This document shows, one piece after another, positions 1-9,723 of a stretch of 38,292 bases of DNA (position 1 is its first letter; each line of letters starts with the position of its first letter). The position numbers and the translations under genes were made by a program. The DNA comes from Catajapyx aquilonaris (lineage: Eukaryota). The notes beneath the pieces are model-generated. The model worked only from the letters and a program-made list of their open reading frames with translations, had not been told where the DNA came from and did not search any database. The stretch lies in the NCBI GenBank assembly GCA_000934665.2, contig JYFJ02003736.1:1-38292 (forward strand). Direction: 5' to 3'.

Positions 1-340
1 ACTGGGAAGTTCTTCCTCGCCCACCCTATAGTCCCGACCTAGCCCTCACAGACTATCACTTATTCAGAGCCCTGAAAGCAGACATGGCAGGTCAGCATTT
101 CCGAAGCGACGATGAGGTGAAGAAGGCTGCGTGACTGGTGCTGTCAACAGGGCACCCATTTCTATTGGGAAGGGATTGAGAAACTGGTCTGCCGATGGGA
201 TAAGTGCGTTCTTCGGTGTGGAAACTATGTAGAAAAGTAGATATCCATTGTCCTCATGTACCCTGTAAGTTTCGTCATTTGTGTTCATACAGAATAAAGG
301 TTACAGCCTTGGAGACCTTACTTTTTGATCACTCCTCGTA
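1..340 (+). mobile_element. Mariner (Tc1/mariner) transposon 3' remnant: degenerate transposase C-terminus plus right TIR
   Basis: From position 3 the frame reads WEVLPRPPYSPDLALTDYHLFRALK (mariner YSPDLAP-D motif). After a frameshift it continues GIEKLVCRWDKCV..GNYVEK* (stop ends at 240). It ends in the TIR-like CCTTACTTTTTGATCACTCCTCG followed by TA (to 340). Confidence 0.9.
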
Positions 341-610
341 TTTGGTGATGAACAAGTGTGAATCTCTTAGCTATATGGATTTAAAAGTGAGGGTTACAAA
401 TCAAATGCATGTTTGCATGCTCACTTCCAACAGTCAGCCAATGAGAGTAGAAAGACTGATTGCCAAATTTGAAGCGTACAAAGTCTATGATTTGCTCGGC
501 GAGTATTTTCAAAAAATAACGAGCAAGCAATTGATGTTTTCTGTGACCTTTTCAGATAGATAGTGTTAAATGAGTGAAACTCAAAAGTCTTTGGAGAAAA
601 TATGTCTTAG

Positions 611-1267
611 CACTTACAAGGGAAGTGTCTGTAGGGCCATCGGCCAATCAGCCCGAAAGTGACACTTGGGGTAAATCGCAGGCCAGAAATTCATTGGTGA
701 AAGTAAAAAGTCGCATTAGCCAAGCGTTTTCGAGATATGGGCGACTATAGGTGCCCGGCAAACCTGCTCGGTGACAATGGGGCGCATTCGGCAGAAGACA
801 TTATAAACAGTCTTCGTGGCTCAGTTGGTAGCGCGTCCGCGTCATGATCCGAAGTCTCCGCGTTGAAGTCCGCAGGAAGCGACTTTTTTTTTCCCCCTCC
901 CTCTCTCGTCTCGGAGCATCGTTTTCTTTTTCTTTCTTCCCCAACACCGTTTATCACCGCATATCTTCCCTTTTGCAATCAACAGGAATAAATAAACAGC
1001 TTGCTGGGAAGTGTATTACTTTTTTTTCTTCTGCCGATGCTTACCTACTCTCTCCATGGCTTCATATTCGGAAAAATTAATAGTCACAAGCTCAGTAAAT
1101 AATAACTTATTCGTGTTTGCCGGGCACCTATAGTCGCCCATATCTTGAAAACGCTTGGCTAATGCGACTTTTTACTTTCACCAATGAATTTCTGGCCTGC
1201 GATTTACCCCTAGTGTCATTTTCGGGCCGATTGGCCGATGGCCCTACAGACACTTCCCTTGTTAGTG
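611..1267. mobile_element. Non-autonomous DNA transposon with ~153-bp TIRs, CACTA/EnSpm-like
   Basis: 611-763 and 1115-1267 are near-perfect inverted repeats. Termini are CACT(T/A)ACAAGGG...CCCTTGTTAGTG, with AG on both flanks (2-bp TSD). No coding capacity inside. Confidence 0.8.
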
Positions 1268-1712
1268 AGTAGGTCTAGCTGATATTTGCTCATGTATCTG
1301 GATGTACCTTGGATAGCAGCTTGCATGTCATGTGATAAACAAAGCTCCAAGGTTGAATTTAATATTGTACTTAATTATTGGGACAAATTAATCGTGTTCA
1401 TTCAATAAAAGACTGAAATGTGTAGACAAGATTTTATTAAGTTCATTAAGTACAGTACAATGGTGAAATGAGGTGGCATTCCTCTGTTGAATTTATTGCT
1501 CTTTCATGTATGTTATTTTTTTGGCACATGAACATTGCAGGCATAGATTGTGGGGAATAATGTGGAGACAATCTTGCAATGCAAAAATATCTACATGACA
1601 TTATTTAGTGGAATGGTTGTTTTTTTTGGATGACAAGGGTGAATTTACCTTTGGCCATATGAGAAATGGGAGTTTACAACACTGTTGATTTGTTTTGCTA
1701 GAGGATCTAAAT

Positions 1713-1757
1713 CTAGTGTCTAACACAGATCAATTATTGATCTGTGTTAGACACTAG
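1713..1757. repeat. Perfect 22-bp-arm inverted repeat with 1-nt spacer
   Basis: CTAGTGTCTAACACAGATCAAT-T-ATTGATCTGTGTTAGACACTAG. Confidence 0.9.
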
Positions 1758-2380
1758 TTTATTGTCGTTATATTTTTGTCTTGCAATATAATGCCGACGT
1801 GGAATGATATGGACCCTGTCAAAATTTAAGAAAATACAAAATTGCACTGGGAAAAGGTGTTTCATTCATCCTGCGAAGTAGCGCACACTGTTTTGTTGAA
1901 AATATGTGGACTACAAAACCTTCACCAACGTTCTTATGGAGCCTCAAGTGCTCTTGCCAGTAAGTTTGAGCCCACTTGATTTGTCCTATCAAGGCCATGA
2001 TGCAGCTGTGAAAATTTCTGCAAAGTTACATGAAAGAAATAAGGTATTTTTTAAAAGTCTTGACTACATGGTCTCGACTCATTGCAACAGGTGAAAGTTT
2101 TTAATTACAAGCTAATGGTTGAAAATTCCGCTAATGGTTGAACCGCTGAAGATATATAAATCCCATTGGATTAAGGTTTTTATTGTCCTAATCCGTCCTA
2201 ATTAATGCATCACTTGGACTGCATTTCATATTGATCAATATTGGTTCAAAGAATCGATATAACTTATCGATATTTAGGTTGCATCGATTCACACGATACT
2301 CAATTGCACAAAGGCCATTTAATTTAAAATTCAATACCATAATTTAAATTAATTGCATATACTCTGTAGCTGTAACCGAA

Positions 2381-2562
2381 GCTGGTTGGCATAGTGGATA
2401 AGGAGTCCGACTGCTAATCGGGAGGTCCTGGGTTCGAATCCCGGGGCCGGCAACTCTGACCGTGGTTTTCTGTGGTTTCCCACGGTCCTTCCAGGAAAAT
2501 TCCGGAGTTGCTTCTGTAATTAATAGGCCACAGCCACTTCCTTCCGTCCCTATCCTATCCCA
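2381..2562 (+). mobile_element. tRNA-derived SINE
   Basis: Pol III A box TGGCATAGTGG (2387-2397) and B box GGTTCGAATCC (2431-2441). These are followed by a SINE-type body (GTTTTCTGTGGTTTCCC...CCAGGAAAATTCCGG...GGCCACAGCCACTTCCTTCC) rather than a tRNA acceptor stem and terminator. Confidence 0.8.
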
Positions 2563-2909
2563 AAGAGACAGTAAAATGAAAAGCAAAGAGTTCCAGGCAA
2601 AACAAACTTCCCCCCTAAAGAGCCGATGGCTGATAATGGGGTATGAATTGTACTAGCAGCGGTACCCGTTCTTCGAACGGGGAAAAAAAGAGCGTGGATA
2701 ATTACACCGAAATCTTCTTCGATCTCAAGCAATATTAAAATAATGCAAAACTGCTCATTCCCTTGCATATGTAGGCACTGGAAGGGTGTAAAAATTCTGG
2801 TTTGTTTGCGTAATAAAGAGCCACGCAACTATGGCTCTGTGGTTATCAGAATACAAAAAGGTGGGACAGATGGAGAGAGAAACGAAGAGGAAAAAGAAGA
2901 GAGGAATGA

Positions 2910-3045
2910 CTGGTATCCCTCTTAGTCTGTCTCCTATCCCAAAGACCTGTCCGACTTGGGCGGCCCTACCAGTAGACGAAACTACCGCCGGCATAGCTCT
3001 TCAGGATCATGGGAAAACGAAAGCCCACCACCACGGCAAGGTGGA
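2910..3045 (-). mobile_element. Fragment resembling the 5' UTR of RTE-clade (BovB-like) non-LTR retrotransposons
   Basis: Minus strand reads CCTTGCCGTGGTGGTGGGCTTTCG..CATGATCCTGAAGAGCTATGCCGGCGG..TAGGGCCGCCCAAGTCGGACAGGTC, matching the RTE/BovB leader pattern as I recall it. Not confirmed by search. Confidence 0.6.
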
Positions 3046-3427
3046 GATACATTGGGGGGAGGGGGAATAAAAAAATTTGGATAAAAAAATTGGGGGAAGT
3101 GCAAAATTTGAAACCATTTACAGGCCTGTTTCTATGGTAATCACCAACAAAATTCTGTTGCCACCAAAGAGTAAGGTTGCCACAGACAAACAAATGTTAT
3201 TTTTTGCCATTCATACGTAGATTATCAAAATATGTTATTTATTTATTTATTTATAGCAGCAAACCCGTGTCTAGTGTCTGGTACGTATGTTGAACTTGGT
3301 GTCAGTCAACGTACACATAAGTGATCGAAAGCGGAGGGATAATTAATTGGACATCAGTGTTATGCAATAATTTGTCAACCCACAAAAATGCCAAAATTGA
3401 GCCAAGCCCAGGAACATACACCTAAAG

Positions 3428-3636
3428 CAGAGGTTCTTAACCTTTTAGGGCCTCCGCACCCCTTTGTATACGATATATTGGTCCTTGTTGCACCCCATAT
3501 ACCAGGGGTCATCGATTAAGTTCGTAGTCAGCCCAGTTATTACTTATTAGCTCTTGGTTAGATGAAGTCCAGAGGTGCACCTTACTCACACCCCCTGGAG
3601 GTGTGGGCACCCTAGGGCCAAGGCTAAGAACCGCTG
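3428..3636. mobile_element. hAT (Charlie-like) MITE, 209 bp
   Basis: TIRs CAGAGGTTCTTAACC / GGCTAAGAACCGCTG; exact 8-bp TSD ACCTAAAG at 3420-3427 and 3637-3644. Confidence 0.9.
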
Positions 3637-4457
3637 ACCTAAAGGATCCTACTTCATTCAGTTAAAATCACGCTGGTGAAATGTGCATACTTCTGCCATA
3701 AATGACCTAAAAGAACACTGAATTAATTTCACAGGTATGACCTTCAAAGCCCTTTTTCTCAAAACTGGTCTCGCGTGGGTTGACGCATTATTGCATAACA
3801 CCGTCCAATTATCACACCCCTCCATTTTACGCCGTTCTACATTAACGCCGGTTTGAAAATGACATAATAAAATTTTTAAATTGAAAAATTGTGATAACGT
3901 GGAAATTATGATGGCTTGCTGGTTGTGAAGTGGCCAAGAAAGATTTCCCATGCGGGAAGTACCCGTTTTACGCCGCTCCATTTTACACCGTTTCGCATTA
4001 ACCCCGGTTTTAAAATTACATTTGAAAATTTTGTATCAGAATTTAAAATATATATATATCATGACAACACATGATGACGTGTGCGCGGGCGAGTAGTGGT
4101 CATTTTGTGAACTCCCCCGGGTGGCTTAGTCTATCTGAAATTGCCACCCGAAACGAAGCCAGAGATGGCCCAACTCTGCACGAAAGAAGGTGGGAACCCC
4201 GGGTGGGGATTGAACCCGCGCGTTACCGCGGCGCCACTCCGTCTCCCCACCATTAACAATTTCTTTGCAAGTTGAAGTGGGAAGCAAAGTGTTAGAGTAA
4301 TTAATTTATTGCGCGTGTATTTCAATAATTTCGTAACTGTCCCTTATGATGTTATTTAATTGCCTTTACTTCTAATAATTTTCCATGCATGGTTCATATA
4401 CATAACCAAAACGAAAAAAAGAAAGTATTTTCGGGTGGCATTTCTTCAATATTACAG

Positions 4458-5146
4458 ATCCCATGGTAAACTTCAAGACTGAAATGCATGAACAAAAATT
4501 CTCATTTTTCTTCGACCGTGCTCCTTGCACTGATGAAATATTATCGAGCCTTGGGTTCCACAGTGACTATGAAAATGACGAGCCATCTCGGGGGTATGAT
4601 CAGAGACCACTGAGGAACATGTGCAATGGCAACAAATGCAATCTCACATTGCATGAAGACGCTTGCTCCACATACAATTTTACTGCCAAGATAATAGGGA
4701 TGGACGGGAGCCAATTAGGCAGCTCAGTCAGAGTTGGACCAGTGACCATTACGCCAAGTCTTGACTTTTCATTTCGCCATGTCAATGTGACAGAAAGCAC
4801 AGTCACATTTGAATACGAGACGAGCCCTCAGCCCTCTTTACTGCCGCAACACCGATCTGCTCCTGACCTGTGTCCCTCTCGAAGGAGGTGACCCTGTCGA
4901 TGCCAGGTGCCCACCTGACAGGCCAACTGGACGGGTCAGGACCATTTGCACTGTTGGTTATTCCCTCACGCCTTGCACTCAATACAACTGCTCCGGAACA
5001 GTGGACTATCCGAAGCAAGAGATTCAAAACGATTCCTTCCAGACATCAGGTGTAGTAAAGTCATTTTATGAACGTTGCCCCCNCCCCCCCCCCCCCCCCC
5101 CATGTTCATAACTATAACCGCCATTTATTTTACAGGTTGCCACTAG
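4458..5146 (+). pseudogene. Cys-rich two-FN3-like-domain protein, paralog 1; frameshifted, 5' exons not found
   Basis: Exon 4458-5049 (ttacag|ATCCC...TCAG|gtgtag) is colinear with exon 3 of the paralog at 9059-9643 but is 592 nt, with a +1 frameshift near 4836-4840 (..SPQPS / YCRNTDLLLTC..). Terminal exon 5136-5146 encodes G-C-H-stop, like G-C-H-L-K-stop in paralog 3. AATAAA at 5341-5346. Confidence 0.75.
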
Positions 5147-5534
5147 TTCTCCCTTTGTTAGTTTTCACAAATCCGCAGAAGCAACAACGAATCCAGGCAC
5201 ATTCACCTTTTCACCAATTCTTAGGCCAAAAGAGAATTGCCGCGCACGAGGAGAAGAGGGCCAGTCCGCAAGTAGCCAACAGACTCTGGCAGAAAATATA
5301 TTGGTACAAAAGTTTTAGCTGTAAAAAAAAATATTTTATAAATAAACAAATCAAACATTAATCAATCTATACTGGGACATTCCATTTATATTCCTGGCCA
5401 TTCACTTCATTATATTAAAATAATTTGGAGCACTGTAGCCTACAATATTATCGCTGGAAGTATCCAAATTGCATTTTCAGCATATATGAATTGTCCAAAA
5501 AACAATGAGCACGCTGTTCAAGTATCATCTGATG

Positions 5535-6631
5535 TTAATGCTTTTGCAACGCCGCAGCTGTTGTATAGAATGTCTCTTCGGTCCGGAGAGATTCTCCAGC
5601 AGAATTTTTCACTCTGAAGTTGCACTTGTACTCGGTGCTCGGTGATAAGTCATATATGGTGCACTGGGACCAGTAGTAACCAGGCCACACTTTGCAGACT
5701 GTGCTAGTTACATGAACACCAGCTACATCCTGCAGTGTTTCTTGGTCGGCAGAAACACAGTCAAACAGAAGTTCAGTGTCTGGAGTGCAGGGTGTCTCGT
5801 CATAATGCCAGAGAAAATAGACTGAAGTTTTTCCCTCTTCAACATCGGAAATTTGGAATCCAGCTGGAGCTGTAATAGATAACTGTTATCATCTAGACCT
5901 CCTTCTACGCAAAAAAGAGAGAGAAGTTTTTAAGCAAAAGTGACTTCGAGCTAAACAACCTACCTGGTAGCGGCATGATAATGGGTCCCAGACAAGCTTC
6001 ACTGCCAAAAGTGCTTCCACCCTCAGTGAGTAAATCCATGCTGAATGTGTACCCCAGACACGGCTCATGACTCTCCAAAATGTATGTGTAGTTGCAGTGG
6101 CCATCTATGCAGATGTCACTCAGGGGTCCATTGCGAGAGTCTCCAGTTCCGTCATCAGCAGTGTAAGCATAGGCATATTCAACTGCAACTTGCTTAGCAC
6201 ATGAGGCTAGATCAAACAGCAGAGACACTGTGTTGGAGTCTATTTCTTCAACAGTGAAATTCCGGATGGGAACTGAAAAGAACAGACGTACCTCATGACT
6301 GCCGTTAATAAGATTTGTTTTGAGCAATGTTATAGGCTCATTACGGAATAAAGATCTCAACGTCATTGACCATACATACAGTGACAGCTTAATAAGCGAT
6401 GGTGGTCGGCAGTACTGTCCTGTAATTCCTCTTTCGCCACATTCATGTGATGACCAACCTGTAGTAAATATCGCCAACAATTCATTATATTAAATTAATT
6501 AATTCCCTGATGGTACACTCTCTGGATAAATTTCCTACCTTACTGATTCCAGGGTAGCAATGACTTCCCACAGACAAGGAGAGGAAAAGGCACAATGCCC
6601 ATTTGAGATGATTACCAATAGTGCGAGCCAT
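5535..6631 (-). CDS. Secreted Cys-rich protein with two divergent fibronectin type III-like domains, paralog 2 (~271 aa)
   Basis: Exons 6631-6539, 6458-6380, 6272-5964, 5869-5535; all introns GT-AG with consistent phases (0,1,1). Signal-peptide-like MARTIGNHLKWALCLFLSLSVGSHC. Domain 1: FPIRNFTVEE...HEPCLGYTFSM. Domain 2: ...DLSPSTEYKCNFRVKNSAGES (FN3 L-x-P-x-T-x-Y corner). The last exon is absent from the ORF track. Confidence 0.8.
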
Positions 6632-6656
6632 CACTTCTTGATCAGAGTCCGCTTGC

Positions 6657-6697
6657 AAGTGAAATGGCAAGAGAAGATTACCTACCCCTTATATATA
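6657..6697 (-). promoter_or_regulatory. TATA box and Inr-like element of paralog 2
   Basis: Minus-strand TATATATAAG (6697-6688), TCACTT (6662-6657) about 30 nt downstream, then the ATG at 6631. Confidence 0.5.
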
Positions 6698-7355
6698 CAC
6701 GAACATAGGTCAGTGTCAGCACTCGACATAATCGGTGTATGGGAATGCTTATCTAGATACAGAGTTTCATGGGAAACAAGACGTCAGTAACTACTTGAAC
6801 AGTTATTGCTATCATTCACAGCCTCACCGAGCGCAGAAGCAGATGCAGGAGTACTTATTAAAGGAAATGTCTGATGCGGTACCTTTTGTTTGCATGTGGA
6901 GAGGTGCATTTCCCATGTCCACAATCTAACAATGGGGACTTATTATTAATATTGTAGAAACCAGGTCATAGAGAAACAACAATCCTGACATGCAAATACA
7001 CAGCCATGGTTGGTTGTTACTCAAAACAATGCTGCTTCTCCATCCCTGTTTTGATGGAGCATACATGTGTCCATTACATGCACATGATACTGGCGACATT
7101 GACATTTACTCGTTTGAGGAGCAATGATGTAATTTCCGGTGAAGAGATAAATCTTCACAAGATAAACTTCATCCTGTGAATAAGCACTCTTTTCCTCTGG
7201 CTACCGGTAGTATTTTTCTTCCTCAGATATCTAATCGATTAAAGGATTCGTAATACAAGGAGCATATCTGCTCTCGATAACAATGCGCGTAAACAGGATA
7301 TCTCGCCTAGTGTATCTCTTCATTAATTTCGCAATGTCTATCTTATATAGACAGG

Positions 7356-7498
7356 AAATCCCTTCCCCTACCCGACATCCTTGACTCCTTGCACCGGTGT
7401 ATGAAGAAAAGTGTAATACACATAGAAAACTGATGGTGGTGAGCCACCCCCCTATAGGGCTTAGGCCCACAACGGGGTACATAATAAAAATTAAAAAA

Positions 7499-7593
<95 letters not shown>

Positions 7594-7600
7594 CAGTATA
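7356..7600 (+). mobile_element. Insertion resembling a 5'-truncated retro-element 3' end with A-rich/(TA)n tail
   Basis: Absent from duplicate copy 2 (…CTTATAGACAGGGTGG…). Flanked by TATAGACAGG (7346-7355) and TATGGACAGG (7601-7610). Ends in AATAAAAATTAAAAAAAAC plus (TA)n at ~7503-7592. Confidence 0.6.
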
Positions 7601-8425
7601 TATGGACAGGGTGGCTCATATTGCCCTTGAAACAAGAAAAAGGCTTGAGTGATAAAATACTGAAGATAACTGATATTATAAAAGGTAAAGTCAGTCAGAT
7701 ATAAAGCATAATAGGCCTGTGGATTCCTCATTGTCAGAAGAGAAGTTAGCATGATGAAGCATTCCAAAGTTGCCCTTATCCTTGCCTTTGGGATATGTCA
7801 TTCACAGCCTCACCGAGCAGATATGGTACAGAAGCAGATGAAAGAGTACTTATTAAAAGAAATGTCTGATGCGGTACCTTTTGTTTGCATGTGGAGTGGT
7901 ACATTTCCCAGGTCCCCAATCTAACAATGGGGACTTGTAGAAACCAGGTCATAGAGAAGCAACAATCCTGACATGCAAATACACAGCCATGGTTGGTTGT
8001 TACTCAAAACAATGTTGCTTCTCCATCCCTGTTTTGATTGAGCATACATGTGCCCATTACATGCACATGATACTGGCGACATTGACATTCACTCATTTGA
8101 GGAGCAATGATGTAATTTCCGGTGAAGAGATAAATCTTCACAAGATAAACGTCATCCTGTGAATAAGCACTCTTTTGCTCTTGTTACCGGTAGTACTTCT
8201 CTTCCTCAGATATCTAATCGATTAAAGGATTCGTGATACGAGTAGCATATCTGCTCTCGATAATAATGCGTGCAAACAGGATATCTCGCCTAGTGTATCT
8301 CTTCATGAATTTCGCAATGTCTATCTTATAGACAGGGTGGCTCATATTGCCCTTGAAACAAGAAAAAGGCTTGAGTGATAAAATACTGAAGATAACTGAT
8401 ATTATAAAAGGTAAAGTCAGTCAGA

Positions 8426-8459
8426 TATAAAGCGTAATAGGCCTGTGGATTCCTCATTG
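8426..8459 (+). promoter_or_regulatory. TATA box and Inr-like element of paralog 3
   Basis: TATAAAG at 8426; TCATTG at 8454 (its A is 30 nt after the TATA start); ATG at 8477. The same arrangement is duplicated at ~7700-7733. Confidence 0.55.
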
Positions 8460-8476
8460 TCAGAAGAGAAGTTAGC

Positions 8477-9723
8477 ATGATGAAGAGCATGGCAAAGCAT
8501 TCCCAAGTTGCCCTTATCCTTGCCTTTGGGATATGTTTGGGTTGCCACGCCTTTAATCCTCAAATGATGAAGGTAAGTAAACCATATAGAGTAAAACCTC
8601 AATATAAGTAACGCTATTCAAGGGACAGCCCAAAGTAGCGTTATAAACGGAATAGAGTTATATCGAGGTTTTACTGATGATGTAGGTGACACAAAATTTC
8701 AAATCCTTTCTCTTTGTTTTTCTATACTAATTCATGTTCCTCTTTGTGTATCATTGCCCTCAGCCAACAAGCCATCGATATAATATGGAAAAGGGACATC
8801 TGACCGAAACTAAATCAGTGGCTCGTAACACCGAATATGATTGTCCACGTAAGCTGCAACATGTCACTTCTTTTCCCTGCTGTAAATTGCATTTAACCAG
8901 TACAGTCCAGACATTGAATAAATTCCTGGTCTGTATTCCATACATTGAATTTCAAAATTACTGAGTCTGTACAATAGAAGGATAGTGCATTACTCATAAG
9001 TAAAGAAAAACAGTAGTATTATTTACACCAATTATTGCAATGTCTTTCTCCATTACAGATCCCATCAAAAACTTCAGAGTTAATTTTAACCACCCGCAAC
9101 TGTATGTGCTCTTTGATCTTGCTCCTTGCGCTCAAGAAGTGTTTGCCAGTCTTGTGTACAATATTGCCTTTGCTACGGACAAATCATTTGGAGGTTGGGA
9201 TCAGGGCCCCCTGAGGTGGATCTGCAGCGGCAACAAATGTAATCACACCATGGGCGAAGCCCCTTGTGCCACGTACGACTTTTCTGCCAAACTACTGGCA
9301 TATGACACGAGCCAATTAGGAAGCACGGAGTTCCTTGGACCCGTGACTGCTCCGCCATACCAAGAATTTGCCTTCGACATTGACAACAAAACAGAGACCA
9401 CGGTCACGGTTGAATTTGGTCCATTCCAAAGCTACTGCAACAACAACACAGATTTTCTGATCAGTTGCCTGCCTATTGATGGCGGCGACCCAGTCACTGC
9501 CAGATGTCCACCTGAACAACCATTCGGACCATTTCTGACAACATGTACAGTCGGGCCCCTCACACCATGCACTCCATACAACTGCTCAGGGACCTTCGAC
9601 TATCCAGGAGAGGAGGTTCAATATGAATCCTTCCAGACATTAGGTATGGAAACCTCATTTTGGCCAAGTTACATTCTGTACTTAACATGTTTCTCTCCTC
9701 CTCCAGGATGCCACTTGAAATAA
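8477..9723 (+). CDS. Secreted Cys-rich protein with two divergent fibronectin type III-like domains, paralog 3 (~260 aa)
   Basis: Exons 8477-8572 (MMKSMAKHSQVALILAFGICLGCHA signal peptide, donor AAG|gtaagt), 8764-8848 (..EYDCP|gtaagc), 9059-9643 and 9707-9723 (GCHLK*). Phases 0,1,1; the first two introns match paralog 2. 12 Cys in the mature chain; FN3-like PCATYDF and LTPCTPYNC motifs. Confidence 0.85.
8589..8676. mobile_element. Short pogo/Tigger-like MITE in intron 1 of paralog 3
   Basis: Inverted termini GAGTAAAACCTCAATATAA / TTATATCGAGGTTTTACTG. Confidence 0.6.

Larger units (their letters stand above)
6812..8536. repeat. Tandem duplication (copy 1 6812-7798, copy 2 7799-8536) including the promoter and part of exon 1 of paralog 3
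   Basis: Both copies start (T)CATTCACAGCCTCACCGAGC and end GCCTTTGGGATATGT and are highly similar throughout. Copy 1 has an extra ~245-bp insert. Confidence 0.95.

Noticed and set aside
2381..2455. Possible tRNA gene
   Set aside because: A and B boxes are present, but the acceptor stem is poor and the sequence runs straight into a SINE body; called a tRNA-derived SINE.
3810..4260. Repeated CCATTTTACGCCG blocks and a minus-strand B-box-like GGTTCAATCC at ~4207-4216
   Set aside because: Probably MITE and SINE scraps, but boundaries and TSDs could not be defined.
1270..4450. Missing signal-peptide and linker exons of paralog 1
   Set aside because: Candidates near 1290-1351, 1904-1959 and 4270-4345 have stops, wrong phase or no valid donor; none is supportable.
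7231..7767. 178-aa and 77-aa ORFs with IYIYIY runs
   Set aside because: Translation of the (TA)n microsatellite.
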